From a virus (taxonomy: Duplodnaviria > Caudoviricetes), in the IMG/VR virus record IMGVR_UViG_3300020020_000046, positions 1 through 50,494 of that record: DNA of 50,494 nt; one strand, 5' to 3'. Positions 34,899 to 42,939 of this stretch are shown piece by piece. Numbering within the stretch: position 1 is the stretch's first letter; the number at the start of each line of letters is the position of its first letter. A program made the translations under genes and the position numbers. The notes under the pieces are model-generated. The model was not told the DNA's origin and ran no database searches. It saw only the letters and a list, made by a program, of their open reading frames with translations.

Positions 34899-35638
34899 GA
34901 CTCACGCTCGAAGCGCAGCCTGGCCGACGTCGGGTTGCCCGCCTTCCACGTGCGCGACCGGGCGATCGCCTCGGCGACCTCCTTGCCACGGCTCTTGCCC
35001 AGCTGGTTGAGCACGGCGTTGTTCGCCTTGACCGTGACCTCGGTCGTGACGATCGCGTCGATGTCCGCCTGGCTGATGAGCCCGTGCGCCATGAGCTCCT
35101 TGAGCTCACGCTGCAGGGCGGGCACGGTGACCACCCACTCGCCCCGTGGCGGTTCGATGGTCACCCTCCCGTCAGCCAGCAGGAACTCCTTGGCCTGCGC
35201 GTCGACCGCGGCCTGCCGGATGCTGATGTCGATGGCGTCGACCCACGTCGAGAGATCGGCGCGCGGCCGATCGAGCTGCTGACGCAGGTTGACCAGCGCG
35301 GTGCGCTGCTCGGGCGTGGCAGAGGCGAAGGGCATGAGCGCGATGTCCGCCACGGTGGCGCGCAGCTGATCGACCAGCGGGATGAGCGCGCGGCTCAGGT
35401 CCTCGAGCGTCGCGGGGTGCGGCTCGGAGTCGTCGTCGGGACCAGCCGAGACGACCGAGGTCGTGACGACGGGCTCGGAGCCATCCGCCGGGTGGAACGT
35501 CGTTGTGATCTCGCGTGTCGCACCCTCCTCGTCGGGCGCCGGCGACGCCGGATCAGTCCGCTCGACGAGCTCGTCGAGCAGCGCCTCGGGGATGTCGAAC
35601 GGCGCCGGGGTCACGTTCTTGCGCTTGCGGGAAGGCAA
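34895..35638 (-). CDS. Hypothetical protein, 247 aa (first gene of the recombination operon)
   Basis: GGAGG RBS plus TTG; coiled-coil central part. Confidence 0.7.
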   Translation of the reverse strand: MPSRKRKNVTPAPFDIPEALLDELVERTDPASPAPDEEGATREITTTFHPADGSEPVVTTSVVSAGPDDDSEPHPATLEDLSRALIPLVDQLRATVADIALMPFASATPEQRTALVNLRQQLDRPRADLSTWVDAIDISIRQAAVDAQAKEFLLADGRVTIEPPRGEWVVTVPALQRELKELMAHGLISQADIDAIVTTEVTVKANNAVLNQLGKSRGKEVAEAIARSRTWKAGNPTSARLRFERES

Positions 35639-35670
35639 GGGCCGGGTCCTCCAAATGACGGGTGAACGTC

Positions 35671-35716
35671 AGAGTAGCGACCCGGCCCTCCGGTGTCTAG
35701 TCCTAGCGCGAGCGCT
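35671..35716 (-). promoter_or_regulatory. Promoter TAGACA-N17-TACTCT with upstream operator-like AGCGCTCGCGCT
   Basis: Sigma70 spacing; 14-mer identical to 22973-22986. Confidence 0.6.
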
Positions 35717-35992
35717 CTAAACGACCGTTGTGTAGTTGGGGCGGTCGCCGGGGGTGATGACCTTGACCTCGGTGTCCTCGGCGAGCGTCGGCGTCGAGCT
35801 CGAGGTCGTGTTCAGCAGCAGGACGATCGCCAGGAACAGGGCGATGACCGACTCGCCGAGCGTGATGATGGCCACCCGCAACTCGACGGTCAGGTCAGGG
35901 ATGAGGACGCCGGCCAGGCCGACGGCGGCCGACAGCACGGCGGCGACCGCCGTGGCGACGATGACGAACGGGTTGTTGGGCGGGATGGTCAT
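35717..35992 (-). CDS. Holin-like membrane protein, 91 aa
   Basis: Two TM helices; directly after the endolysin; AAAGGAG RBS. Confidence 0.65.
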   Translation of the reverse strand: MTIPPNNPFVIVATAVAAVLSAAVGLAGVLIPDLTVELRVAIITLGESVIALFLAIVLLLNTTSSSTPTLAEDTEVKVITPGDRPNYTTVV

Positions 35993-36035
35993 GCGATGTG
36001 CTCCTTTCGAGTCGGGCCCGGGCTGGCGCCCGGCG

Positions 36036-36848
36036 TCAGTCCCACGATACGTGCGCCTTCCCCCGGTCGATGGCGACCGCGGTCTTGATCGCGTCGGTGC
36101 AGTCGACCGGCGGCGGGTCGACGGTGAACGTGCCGATGTCCTCGCTCACCCAGGCAGGCGCGTCCGGCTCGGTGATGACGTAGCCCACTGCCCCGTCCCA
36201 ATCCCGGGTGTAGGGACCGATGGCGCGACGGATGGCGCCGGCGGGGATCGGGTCGCGGCTCCGGTCGTGGAGCGCGATCGCTTCCCCGTTGACGGTGATG
36301 CGCAGGATGCCCGTCAGGATGCGCCCTCCGACAACCGCGGTGACCTTCATACCAGGCACGTCGGACCCTCCTGTGATGGCCCGGAACACGGCGATCTTGT
36401 CGCGCTGCTCCGAGTCGCGGTACCAGCTGATGTGGGTGTGCCAGAGGTGGCTGCTGTCGGCCTCGCCCTCGCGCGGCAGCGACGTGTAGCCCCGCTCGCG
36501 GTCCCAGCGCAGGACGCGCTTCCCGTCGGGGCTGTAGATGATCTCGCGGATGTCGCGCGTGCCGGGCTCGTTGGTCATGCCCGCCCGGACGAGGTCTATC
36601 GACAGCTGGCGCAGGCCCGGGTAGTTGCCGATGTCCATTGCCGATGCGGCGTTGGTCAGACCGGCTGCGTCGCGCAAGGTCCGGCGGCTGTAGGCCGTCG
36701 AGTCGAGCTGGTCCCGGCCGAGGTGATAGCTGACGGCGACCAGCTGGTGGTCGGCGTCGCCGACGATACCGAGATTGGCAGGCGACAGCCCGGTGATCGG
36801 CTGCAGGTAGGCGCGCAGGTCGAGCAGCGACTCGGGTGCGTACGTCAT
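36036..36848 (-). CDS. Endolysin, Zn-peptidase (M15/LAS-like) type, 270 aa
   Basis: GIVGDADH..SYH..AMD..HLWHTHIS motifs seen in actinophage-type endolysins; flanked by membrane proteins. Confidence 0.75.
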   Translation of the reverse strand: MTYAPESLLDLRAYLQPITGLSPANLGIVGDADHQLVAVSYHLGRDQLDSTAYSRRTLRDAAGLTNAASAMDIGNYPGLRQLSIDLVRAGMTNEPGTRDIREIIYSPDGKRVLRWDRERGYTSLPREGEADSSHLWHTHISWYRDSEQRDKIAVFRAITGGSDVPGMKVTAVVGGRILTGILRITVNGEAIALHDRSRDPIPAGAIRRAIGPYTRDWDGAVGYVITEPDAPAWVSEDIGTFTVDPPPVDCTDAIKTAVAIDRGKAHVSWD

Positions 36849-36874
36849 CGGGCGACCGGGACTCTCACCGCGTC

Positions 36875-36883
36875 ACCGTAGCA
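36875..36883 (-). promoter_or_regulatory. Extended -10 element TGCTACGGT upstream of the endolysin
   Basis: Same motif as at 17979 and 22490. Confidence 0.45.
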
Positions 36884-36889
36884 GGGTCG

Positions 36890-37282
36890 TCAACCGGGCG
36901 GGTCCTGCCGGCGGCGTCCGCCATTCGCGGCCTGATCGACCCGGCCCTCGGCCTCCGCCTTCTCGTCGGCCCGACCCTCGGCATGGCCCGCGAGCTTCGC
37001 CGCGTCGACCCTGATGTTGGCGTTCTCCTCGAGCGAGGCGATGAGAGCCGTCAGGCGGCCGTCGACGGCTTTGCCGAGGTTGAAGATTTTGCCGTCGATC
37101 TCGACGAGCTTGGCGTCACTCGCCTCGGCCGCGGCCCGGGCTGCCGTGGCGTTGGCTGCAGCCAAGGAGGCCGCAGCCAAGGCCTTCTCCGAGGCGCGAT
37201 CCTTGAGGAAGTTCAGCACGAATGCACCGACGGCTACGAGGAGCGCGGTGAACGCAGCGATCGTCGCGGGAAGATCGAGCAC
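36890..37282 (-). CDS. Lysis-cassette membrane protein (N-terminal TM plus coiled coil), 130 aa
   Basis: Hydrophobic N-terminus; precedes the endolysin. Confidence 0.65.
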   Translation of the reverse strand: MLDLPATIAAFTALLVAVGAFVLNFLKDRASEKALAAASLAAANATAARAAAEASDAKLVEIDGKIFNLGKAVDGRLTALIASLEENANIRVDAAKLAGHAEGRADEKAEAEGRVDQAANGGRRRQDPPG

Positions 37283-37339
37283 ATTCAGTCCGGCTCTGGC
37301 GAGGCGACGAGGGCGCTCGCTCTGCTACGCATGTCGAGC

Positions 37340-37368
37340 ATCATCCGCCTGCTGGTCGGCGAAGTCAA
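37340..37368 (-). promoter_or_regulatory. Promoter candidate TTGACT-N17-GATGAT
   Basis: Intergenic, 17-nt spacer, upstream of the lysis genes. Confidence 0.45.
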
Positions 37369-39048
37369 CTACTGGCTGGCCGTCCAGCTGACGATCAGAC
37401 CGAGCAGGCGGACGGCGCCGACGTAGGTGTCCGCACCGTCCGCGCCGATGCGCTGCAGCTCGATGCGCATGCGGGCGCCGGCACCCGATGGCGTGACGCC
37501 GGTCGATTGCAGGTTCTCGGTCACGAGGATGTTCACCGTCCGCGCCGCGCTGATCCCGGTGAACGCGGTCGTGGTTCCAGCCGCCGTCACGTCCGAGCCC
37601 GTGGCGAGCTCCTTGGCCGAGACCGACCAGCGGACCGTGTGCGCCACGCCGTCGGTCGCGGCCGGACTCCACAGCGGGCGGACGCTGATGACGCCCGAGA
37701 GATAGTCGTCCGGCACCTGCCACGACCAGAACGCGCCCGACGTTGCGGCGTCGGGATAGTTGACCGCGTTGGAGAAGTTGACGGGCCCGCCGCCGACGAG
37801 GATGAGGGTCGCGGTCCCATCCATCCCGGCCCCCTGCGGCAGAAGGAACGCCTGGCGGGTCACGTCGGCGTGGTCGGCCGCGCCGTGGCCGATGACCGAC
37901 ACGCCCGTGCCGCCGAGCTGCAGCGCGCCGAGCACGTTGAGCGTGTCGCCGGCGGCGACCTCGGCCACGTCGGCCGCGGTCCGCGACAGCTGCCAGTCGA
38001 GCGCCGCCGTGCCGCCGCCGAACAGCAGGCGCGGCACTCCTGAGCCGCTGAGGCCGAGCTCGAGGCTGTCGAACTCCTCGTTGCTATGACGCGCCTCGAG
38101 CGATACGGGGACCCAGCTGCCGACGAACGGCGCGAACGGCAGCGGGTCGGGGCTGTAGGCGTAGTGGAGCTGGGGCTCGCCAAAGAAGATGTAGGCAGAC
38201 TCGGCGGCGGCGGTCGTCTTGACCGCGTTGATGCGCAGTCGCCATGTGTACGAGTCGGCGGGCGTACCGCCCAGCGCCACGACGAGCTGGCGCACCGGGA
38301 ACACCTCGCCGGTGGTGCCTGCGAGATCGGCGAAGGTGACCCATTCGCTCGCCGCCACGACCGACGCGCCGTCGAACAGTTCGAGTCGGGCCCGGGCTGT
38401 GGCGTACGACGAGCCGACGGCGTCGCCCAGGCGCGTAACGCGGCAGGCGCCGACAAGCCACGGCAACGGGCTGATGCCGTCGCAGGAGAAATCGACGGTC
38501 GGATAGATGTAGAAATCGGCGTCGTAGGTATTCGTCGAGGTCCCGGTGCCGAGCTCGACGATCGCCGAGTTCAGCGGGTTGTTGTCGGGGTCGCCACGCT
38601 GGTACAGGTCGTCGACGACCGGGTTGGCGGGGGCCGTGCCCGAGTTGAGCACGTAGTGCGCCGACCAATGCGGCAGGACTCGGACCGGCGCCGCGCCGAA
38701 TGCCACGCCCGGCGCGCTCTCGAGGAGCGCGTTGCGCAGCAGGTTGGTCTGACCGATGACGGGCTCGGCGTTGCCGAGCGTGCCCGATACCTGCTCACCC
38801 TTACGCAGCCGGTCGAGCAACGAGTCGTCGATCGCCGGGCGGGCGGGCTCGCCGGGGCGCGGCGTCCAGTCGAGCAACGACGTCGGCGGGCGCAGCCGCT
38901 CGACCGAGCTGCGCACCTCGGCGGTCACGAGCTGCTGACGCGTCTTGCGGATCGCGACGGCGACCGTGCCGAAGTTCGCCCTGTTCTCAGCTTCCTGCTC
39001 GTCGACTCGGCGCTTGAGCGCCGCGAGCTCGGCGCGAAGGTCAGCCAT
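37369..39048 (-). CDS. Tail tip / receptor-binding protein, 559 aa
   Basis: N-terminal coiled coil, NLLRN carbohydrate-binding-module-type start, beta-rich C-terminus; ATG 39048 coupled. Confidence 0.7.
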   Translation of the reverse strand: MADLRAELAALKRRVDEQEAENRANFGTVAVAIRKTRQQLVTAEVRSSVERLRPPTSLLDWTPRPGEPARPAIDDSLLDRLRKGEQVSGTLGNAEPVIGQTNLLRNALLESAPGVAFGAAPVRVLPHWSAHYVLNSGTAPANPVVDDLYQRGDPDNNPLNSAIVELGTGTSTNTYDADFYIYPTVDFSCDGISPLPWLVGACRVTRLGDAVGSSYATARARLELFDGASVVAASEWVTFADLAGTTGEVFPVRQLVVALGGTPADSYTWRLRINAVKTTAAAESAYIFFGEPQLHYAYSPDPLPFAPFVGSWVPVSLEARHSNEEFDSLELGLSGSGVPRLLFGGGTAALDWQLSRTAADVAEVAAGDTLNVLGALQLGGTGVSVIGHGAADHADVTRQAFLLPQGAGMDGTATLILVGGGPVNFSNAVNYPDAATSGAFWSWQVPDDYLSGVISVRPLWSPAATDGVAHTVRWSVSAKELATGSDVTAAGTTTAFTGISAARTVNILVTENLQSTGVTPSGAGARMRIELQRIGADGADTYVGAVRLLGLIVSWTASQ

Positions 39049-40178
39049 CAGGCGGCCGTCGGGAGCTGCAGCACGAGCGAGGGATGATAGCCCTCGTCGT
39101 CCATGATCCCGCGCACGCCGACGATGCGGTACGGCGCATCGATGACCGTGCGACCGCGGGTGATCTCGACGCCGATCGTGTCCTCGATATCCCAGCCATC
39201 GAACGGCTCGAACAGGTCCGCGCGCAAGTCGACGCTGATGTTGCGAGCGAGCTGGGTGGCCTCCTTGACCGCCCGGGCGGTGATCGCCTGCTGGGCATCG
39301 GCCTCGGTCGCCGCGCCGACCACGCCGGCCAGCGTCTTGATGGCAAACACGTCCTGGCGCAGCCCGTAGATGGCGGCGTTGGGCGCGTCGGTCTTGACGA
39401 TCTCGGTCGCGCCACCGCCGGCCGACGTGCCGATCGTGGCGAGGTCGTTGCGCAGCGCCGAGAAGCCCGGGACGTGCCGGAAGTCGAGCACGTTGCCCGG
39501 GTAGACGAGCACCTTGCCGGTGATGGCGCTGCCCGCGTTCTTGAGGAACGTGAAGGTGAACGGGCTGGTCCGGCTGATGCCGAAGGTCACGTTGTTGACG
39601 GTGTTCGCCCGGCCGATCTCGGACAGGTCGAACATGAGCAGCAGGCGCGGCACGTCGATGACCCCGAACCGCGCGTCGGTCTTGATCGGCGTGACGCCGT
39701 CGAGCGCGAGCGGGTTCTCGATCGTGCCGGTCACCACGTGGCCGAACAGGCTCGAGGTCGCGCCCTTGGCCAGCAGCCACTCGGGCTGCGCGATCTCGGT
39801 GCCGAGCATCTTGTTCTGGTAGAGCGTCCGATAGCCGGTCCGCGACAGCGACAGCTCGGCGAGGTAGTTCCACGCCGTCCAGACGACGTCCTCGCCGGCC
39901 TCGTCGGGCTCGTTGAGCCGTCCGGTGAACACGATCGCGCTATAGCCCGTGGCGTCGTTGACGTAGGTGACCTGGATGTGGGTCCGCAACGGCAGCAACC
40001 GCAGGTTGTGAGCCGAGTTCTGGCGCAGGGTGAAATAGCAGTTGGCCGGATAGCGGCTGTAGCACGACCAGCCGACGGCCAGCGCGTCGCCGATGACCCC
40101 GTCGAGCGTCGAGCGACCGAAGTGGGCCGCGCTGTTGGTCCAGTATTCGATGATGAGGCGCGGGTTCGGGACGCCCAC
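39048..40178 (-). CDS. Siphovirus-type baseplate hub / minor tail protein, ~376 aa
   Basis: Follows the Dit-like gene; VFTGRL and WDIEDTIGVEI...YRIVGV hub-type (Gp37-like) motifs. Confidence 0.7.
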   Translation of the reverse strand: MGVPNPRLIIEYWTNSAAHFGRSTLDGVIGDALAVGWSCYSRYPANCYFTLRQNSAHNLRLLPLRTHIQVTYVNDATGYSAIVFTGRLNEPDEAGEDVVWTAWNYLAELSLSRTGYRTLYQNKMLGTEIAQPEWLLAKGATSSLFGHVVTGTIENPLALDGVTPIKTDARFGVIDVPRLLLMFDLSEIGRANTVNNVTFGISRTSPFTFTFLKNAGSAITGKVLVYPGNVLDFRHVPGFSALRNDLATIGTSAGGGATEIVKTDAPNAAIYGLRQDVFAIKTLAGVVGAATEADAQQAITARAVKEATQLARNISVDLRADLFEPFDGWDIEDTIGVEITRGRTVIDAPYRIVGVRGIMDDEGYHPSLVLQLPTAA

Positions 40179-40179
40179 C

Positions 40180-41103
40180 TCAGCGCCGTGCCTGCCGGTA
40201 GGCGATCGTGATGCTGGTGACGTTGGTCGTGTTGCCCGCAGCCGCCGCGTTGCCACCAGCGCTGATGTAGCCGAACAACGTCGACGCGGCCGTGTTGCGC
40301 AGGTCCGCCCGGTGCGTGGCGCCCTTCTTGATGATGCCGGTCGCGGTGTCCCAGGTGAAGGTCCCCGCCGTCTCGCCGGCCATGTTCAGCGACAGCGACG
40401 CGACATCGCCAAGGTCGATCGTGAGGCCCGCACTCCCGGCGCCCGACATGACGATGGTCACGAGCGGGAACACGGCCACGCCCTGTGCGGCGGTCCAGTT
40501 CGGGCAGTTCGCCGCGAAGCCGTTGGCGCCGTTGAGCACGACCGACTCGGCCGTGTCGATATAGCGCCGCGGGTCCGGGCAGACGAGCTCGCAGGCGAAC
40601 GTCACGCTGTCGCCCCCCGAGCGACGCCCGGGCAGGATCGGGAAGCCCGCCGGGCGGGCCATGAACCGCTCCTTGACGTACTGGCCGTCACCGAGCCCGG
40701 TCACCGGGTCGGTCCACGCCACGCCGCGCCCGGTGACGACCTCGGTCGTGTCGGTGAAGGTGAACGGCAGGACGCCCTCGGTCGCGGGGCTGGCGCGCTG
40801 CGCCTCCTCGACGTCGAACGCCGCCTCCATCGCGGCGATCTGGTCGGACAGCTTCGCGCCGGTCGACGCCTTGAGGATGCCCGACAGGCTGATGTAGCGG
40901 AACACGAGCGTCGCATCACCGAGGTCGCCGCCGGTGAGCAGGTGCAGCGCCTCGCGCTGGTCGCGCTGCTGCAGGCGGGTCGGGTCGAAGCTCTGGACCC
41001 GGGCCGTGTCGGCGATGAAGGCCGGGACCTCGACGCCCGCCGCCGAGCGGTGCGCGTTGAACACGAAGCCCCGGTATTCCATCGGGAAGTAGTAGGGGTT
41101 CAC
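40180..41103 (-). CDS. Distal tail protein (Dit)-like, 307 aa
   Basis: RYISLSGIL, FACELVCPDPRRY, FPLVTI and GGN...ITIAYRQARR motifs. Confidence 0.75.
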   Translation of the reverse strand: MNPYYFPMEYRGFVFNAHRSAAGVEVPAFIADTARVQSFDPTRLQQRDQREALHLLTGGDLGDATLVFRYISLSGILKASTGAKLSDQIAAMEAAFDVEEAQRASPATEGVLPFTFTDTTEVVTGRGVAWTDPVTGLGDGQYVKERFMARPAGFPILPGRRSGGDSVTFACELVCPDPRRYIDTAESVVLNGANGFAANCPNWTAAQGVAVFPLVTIVMSGAGSAGLTIDLGDVASLSLNMAGETAGTFTWDTATGIIKKGATHRADLRNTAASTLFGYISAGGNAAAAGNTTNVTSITIAYRQARR

Positions 41104-41106
41104 GGG

Positions 41107-41763
41107 TCAGCCCAGGGTCAGGATCGCGCGCTTGGCCCCGGTCAGGTTGCGGCTGTTGTCGCGGACCCCGGACTCGAAATCGGTCCGCGCCTGGCGGAGC
41201 AGCTCGACGAGGTCGGCCGGGGTGAGGCTGTTCTGCCGGTTCTCGTTCTGGAAGCGCTCGAAGTTGGCCATCTTCGAGATCATCCGGCGGTAGGCCTCGA
41301 CGCGGGCCCCGGCGTAGACGATCCACTCGAGCCCGTTGGGGATGTCGCACGACGAGCCGCCGGCGGCCGGGATGATGTACGGCTTGTAGCCGATGACGCG
41401 GAGCGTCTGGCCGGCCTGCGGGTTGGGGATGGTCAGCCGCAGCGTCACCGGGCTGGCCGCCTCGTCAACGTACATCTGGAACGTCTTGATATGCCCGGCG
41501 ATGACCGTCGGGGCGGCGATCGACATGATCTCGATGCGCTCGACGTCCTGCAGCCCCGTGAGCGTGTAGTCCTGCGTGTCGAGCACCGTCAGGACCGTCT
41601 CCCGGGTGAGGCGCGCCATGCGCGGCCAGAGCCGCGCGATGGCGCGCTGGATGAACGTGTTGCGCTGGGTCGTCGTGCCCCACGTGTTGTCGCCGTCAAC
41701 GTCGAGACCGAGCTCGTCGTTGAGCCCCGTGGTGCGCAGCTGGTCCAGCGTCAGGAAGGCCAT
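41107..41763 (-). CDS. Head-tail adaptor (SU10/podovirus-type), 218 aa
   Basis: TLDQLR...NTFIQRA...QDYTL...IP...IVYAGA helix-beta-helix layout. Confidence 0.65.
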   Translation of the reverse strand: MAFLTLDQLRTTGLNDELGLDVDGDNTWGTTTQRNTFIQRAIARLWPRMARLTRETVLTVLDTQDYTLTGLQDVERIEIMSIAAPTVIAGHIKTFQMYVDEAASPVTLRLTIPNPQAGQTLRVIGYKPYIIPAAGGSSCDIPNGLEWIVYAGARVEAYRRMISKMANFERFQNENRQNSLTPADLVELLRQARTDFESGVRDNSRNLTGAKRAILTLG

Positions 41764-41779
41764 GTCTCAGCCGATCGCC

Positions 41780-42346
41780 TCAGACGCCCCCAGGAGGCAC
41801 CACACCGGCCGGAGGGATCGGAGCCGGGCTCGCGACCGTCTGGCCGACCTGCGTGGCGTGACGGGCCGCTCCGCGGGCGGCGGCGCGACTCTTGCCGCGT
41901 CGCGTCGGGCGACGCTTGGGCGGGGCCTTCTTGACGGGTGGCTCGTCGACCTCGCTCGGCTCCGGGTCACCGAAGGCTGCGCGAACGAGGCTCTCCTCGT
42001 CATCGTCGTCGTCGGGCTCGTCGTCGACGTCGCCGTTGCGGGCCAGCCAGGCGACAGCGATCGCGTCGCCGGTCGCGGCCTCGCGGCGGATGCTGGCCAG
42101 CAGGGCCGCGCGGCTCGGGAACTCGAGCGCCGGATCGATCGGGCTGACGTAGACCTTGGCGACGCCCTCGCCGACGACCTCGAGGTTGGCGCCCTCGAGC
42201 TCCCACAGCTTCGCGTAGAGCGAGTGCTGATCGTCGACGACCGTCTCGCCGGGCGGGAACCCGCCGCGGATGCCGAAGATGATCTCGTTGTCGGGGCCGA
42301 AATACAGGCCCTCGAGCTCCTTGTGTCGCAAACGGATAGCGGTCAT
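41780..42346 (-). CDS. Hypothetical protein, 188 aa (acidic then basic tail)
   Basis: AAGGAG RBS. Confidence 0.7.
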   Translation of the reverse strand: MTAIRLRHKELEGLYFGPDNEIIFGIRGGFPPGETVVDDQHSLYAKLWELEGANLEVVGEGVAKVYVSPIDPALEFPSRAALLASIRREAATGDAIAVAWLARNGDVDDEPDDDDDEESLVRAAFGDPEPSEVDEPPVKKAPPKRRPTRRGKSRAAARGAARHATQVGQTVASPAPIPPAGVVPPGGV

Positions 42347-42373
42347 GTCGGACTCCTTCGATTGCGGGTGGGT

Positions 42374-42429
42374 CCCGCCGGCGGTCCCGGTCAAGGCGCC
42401 GGCGGGAACCCGTCAATGATGACCGGGAC
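42374..42429 (-). promoter_or_regulatory. Two interleaved 10-bp inverted repeats (candidate RNA switch)
   Basis: GTCCCGGTCA/TGACCGGGAC and CCCGCCGGCG/CGCCGGCGGG in A-B-A'-B' order. Confidence 0.6.
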
Positions 42430-42437
42430 AGTCCGGC

Positions 42438-42857
42438 CTAGTTGCGTTGCTGCACCCGCTTCCGGGTGTAGATGATGAACGTCAGCTCGCCCGCGGTGAA
42501 GGCCACGGCGCCCGCCGTCGGCCATTCGATCGTGAGCGTGTCGCCGTCAAGGAAGTCGGCGTCACCGGCCGACATCGGGATGACCTTGAACGATCCGACG
42601 GTGGCGCCGTCGGCAAGCACGTAGGTCGTCGTGGCGATGACCGTGCCGCTGGCGGAGCCGCGGCGGAAGTTGAGCACTCGCGACGCACCGGCGCCGGTCG
42701 CGGCCACTTTCACGACGGCCCTGATGCCCACGATCGCCTCGCGGAACCCCATCGGGAGCGAGAGGACCGACGACACCTGGGCGGTGCCGGGCGGGATGCT
42801 GACGGTGATCGGCTTGTGGTCGTGTATCCAGCCGGCGCCGGATGCTTCGTTCGGCAT
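42438..42857 (-). CDS. Putative capsid decoration/cement protein, 139 aa
   Basis: Directly after the MCP; beta-sandwich pattern; AAAGGAG RBS. Confidence 0.6.
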   Translation of the reverse strand: MPNEASGAGWIHDHKPITVSIPPGTAQVSSVLSLPMGFREAIVGIRAVVKVAATGAGASRVLNFRRGSASGTVIATTTYVLADGATVGSFKVIPMSAGDADFLDGDTLTIEWPTAGAVAFTAGELTFIIYTRKRVQQRN

Positions 42858-42939
42858 GAGCGGGCTCCTTTCGAGCGGGAACGGTCTGCCCGGGCCGGGA
42901 GAAGTGTCGACCCGGGCGAAACCGTACGGGATCAGCCGG

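Noticed and set aside
37369-39048. Diversity-generating retroelement target
   Set aside because: No reverse transcriptase and no template/variable repeat pair seen
39049-39873. N-terminal extension of the 834-aa tail ORF
   Set aside because: Off-frame overlap with the hub gene; real start at 39048
42000-42440. Stop-codon readthrough pseudoknot (UAG plus 8-nt spacer)
   Set aside because: Readthrough enters an Arg-rich junk frame, not the downstream gene, and a zero-length loop 3 precludes a full H-type pseudoknot
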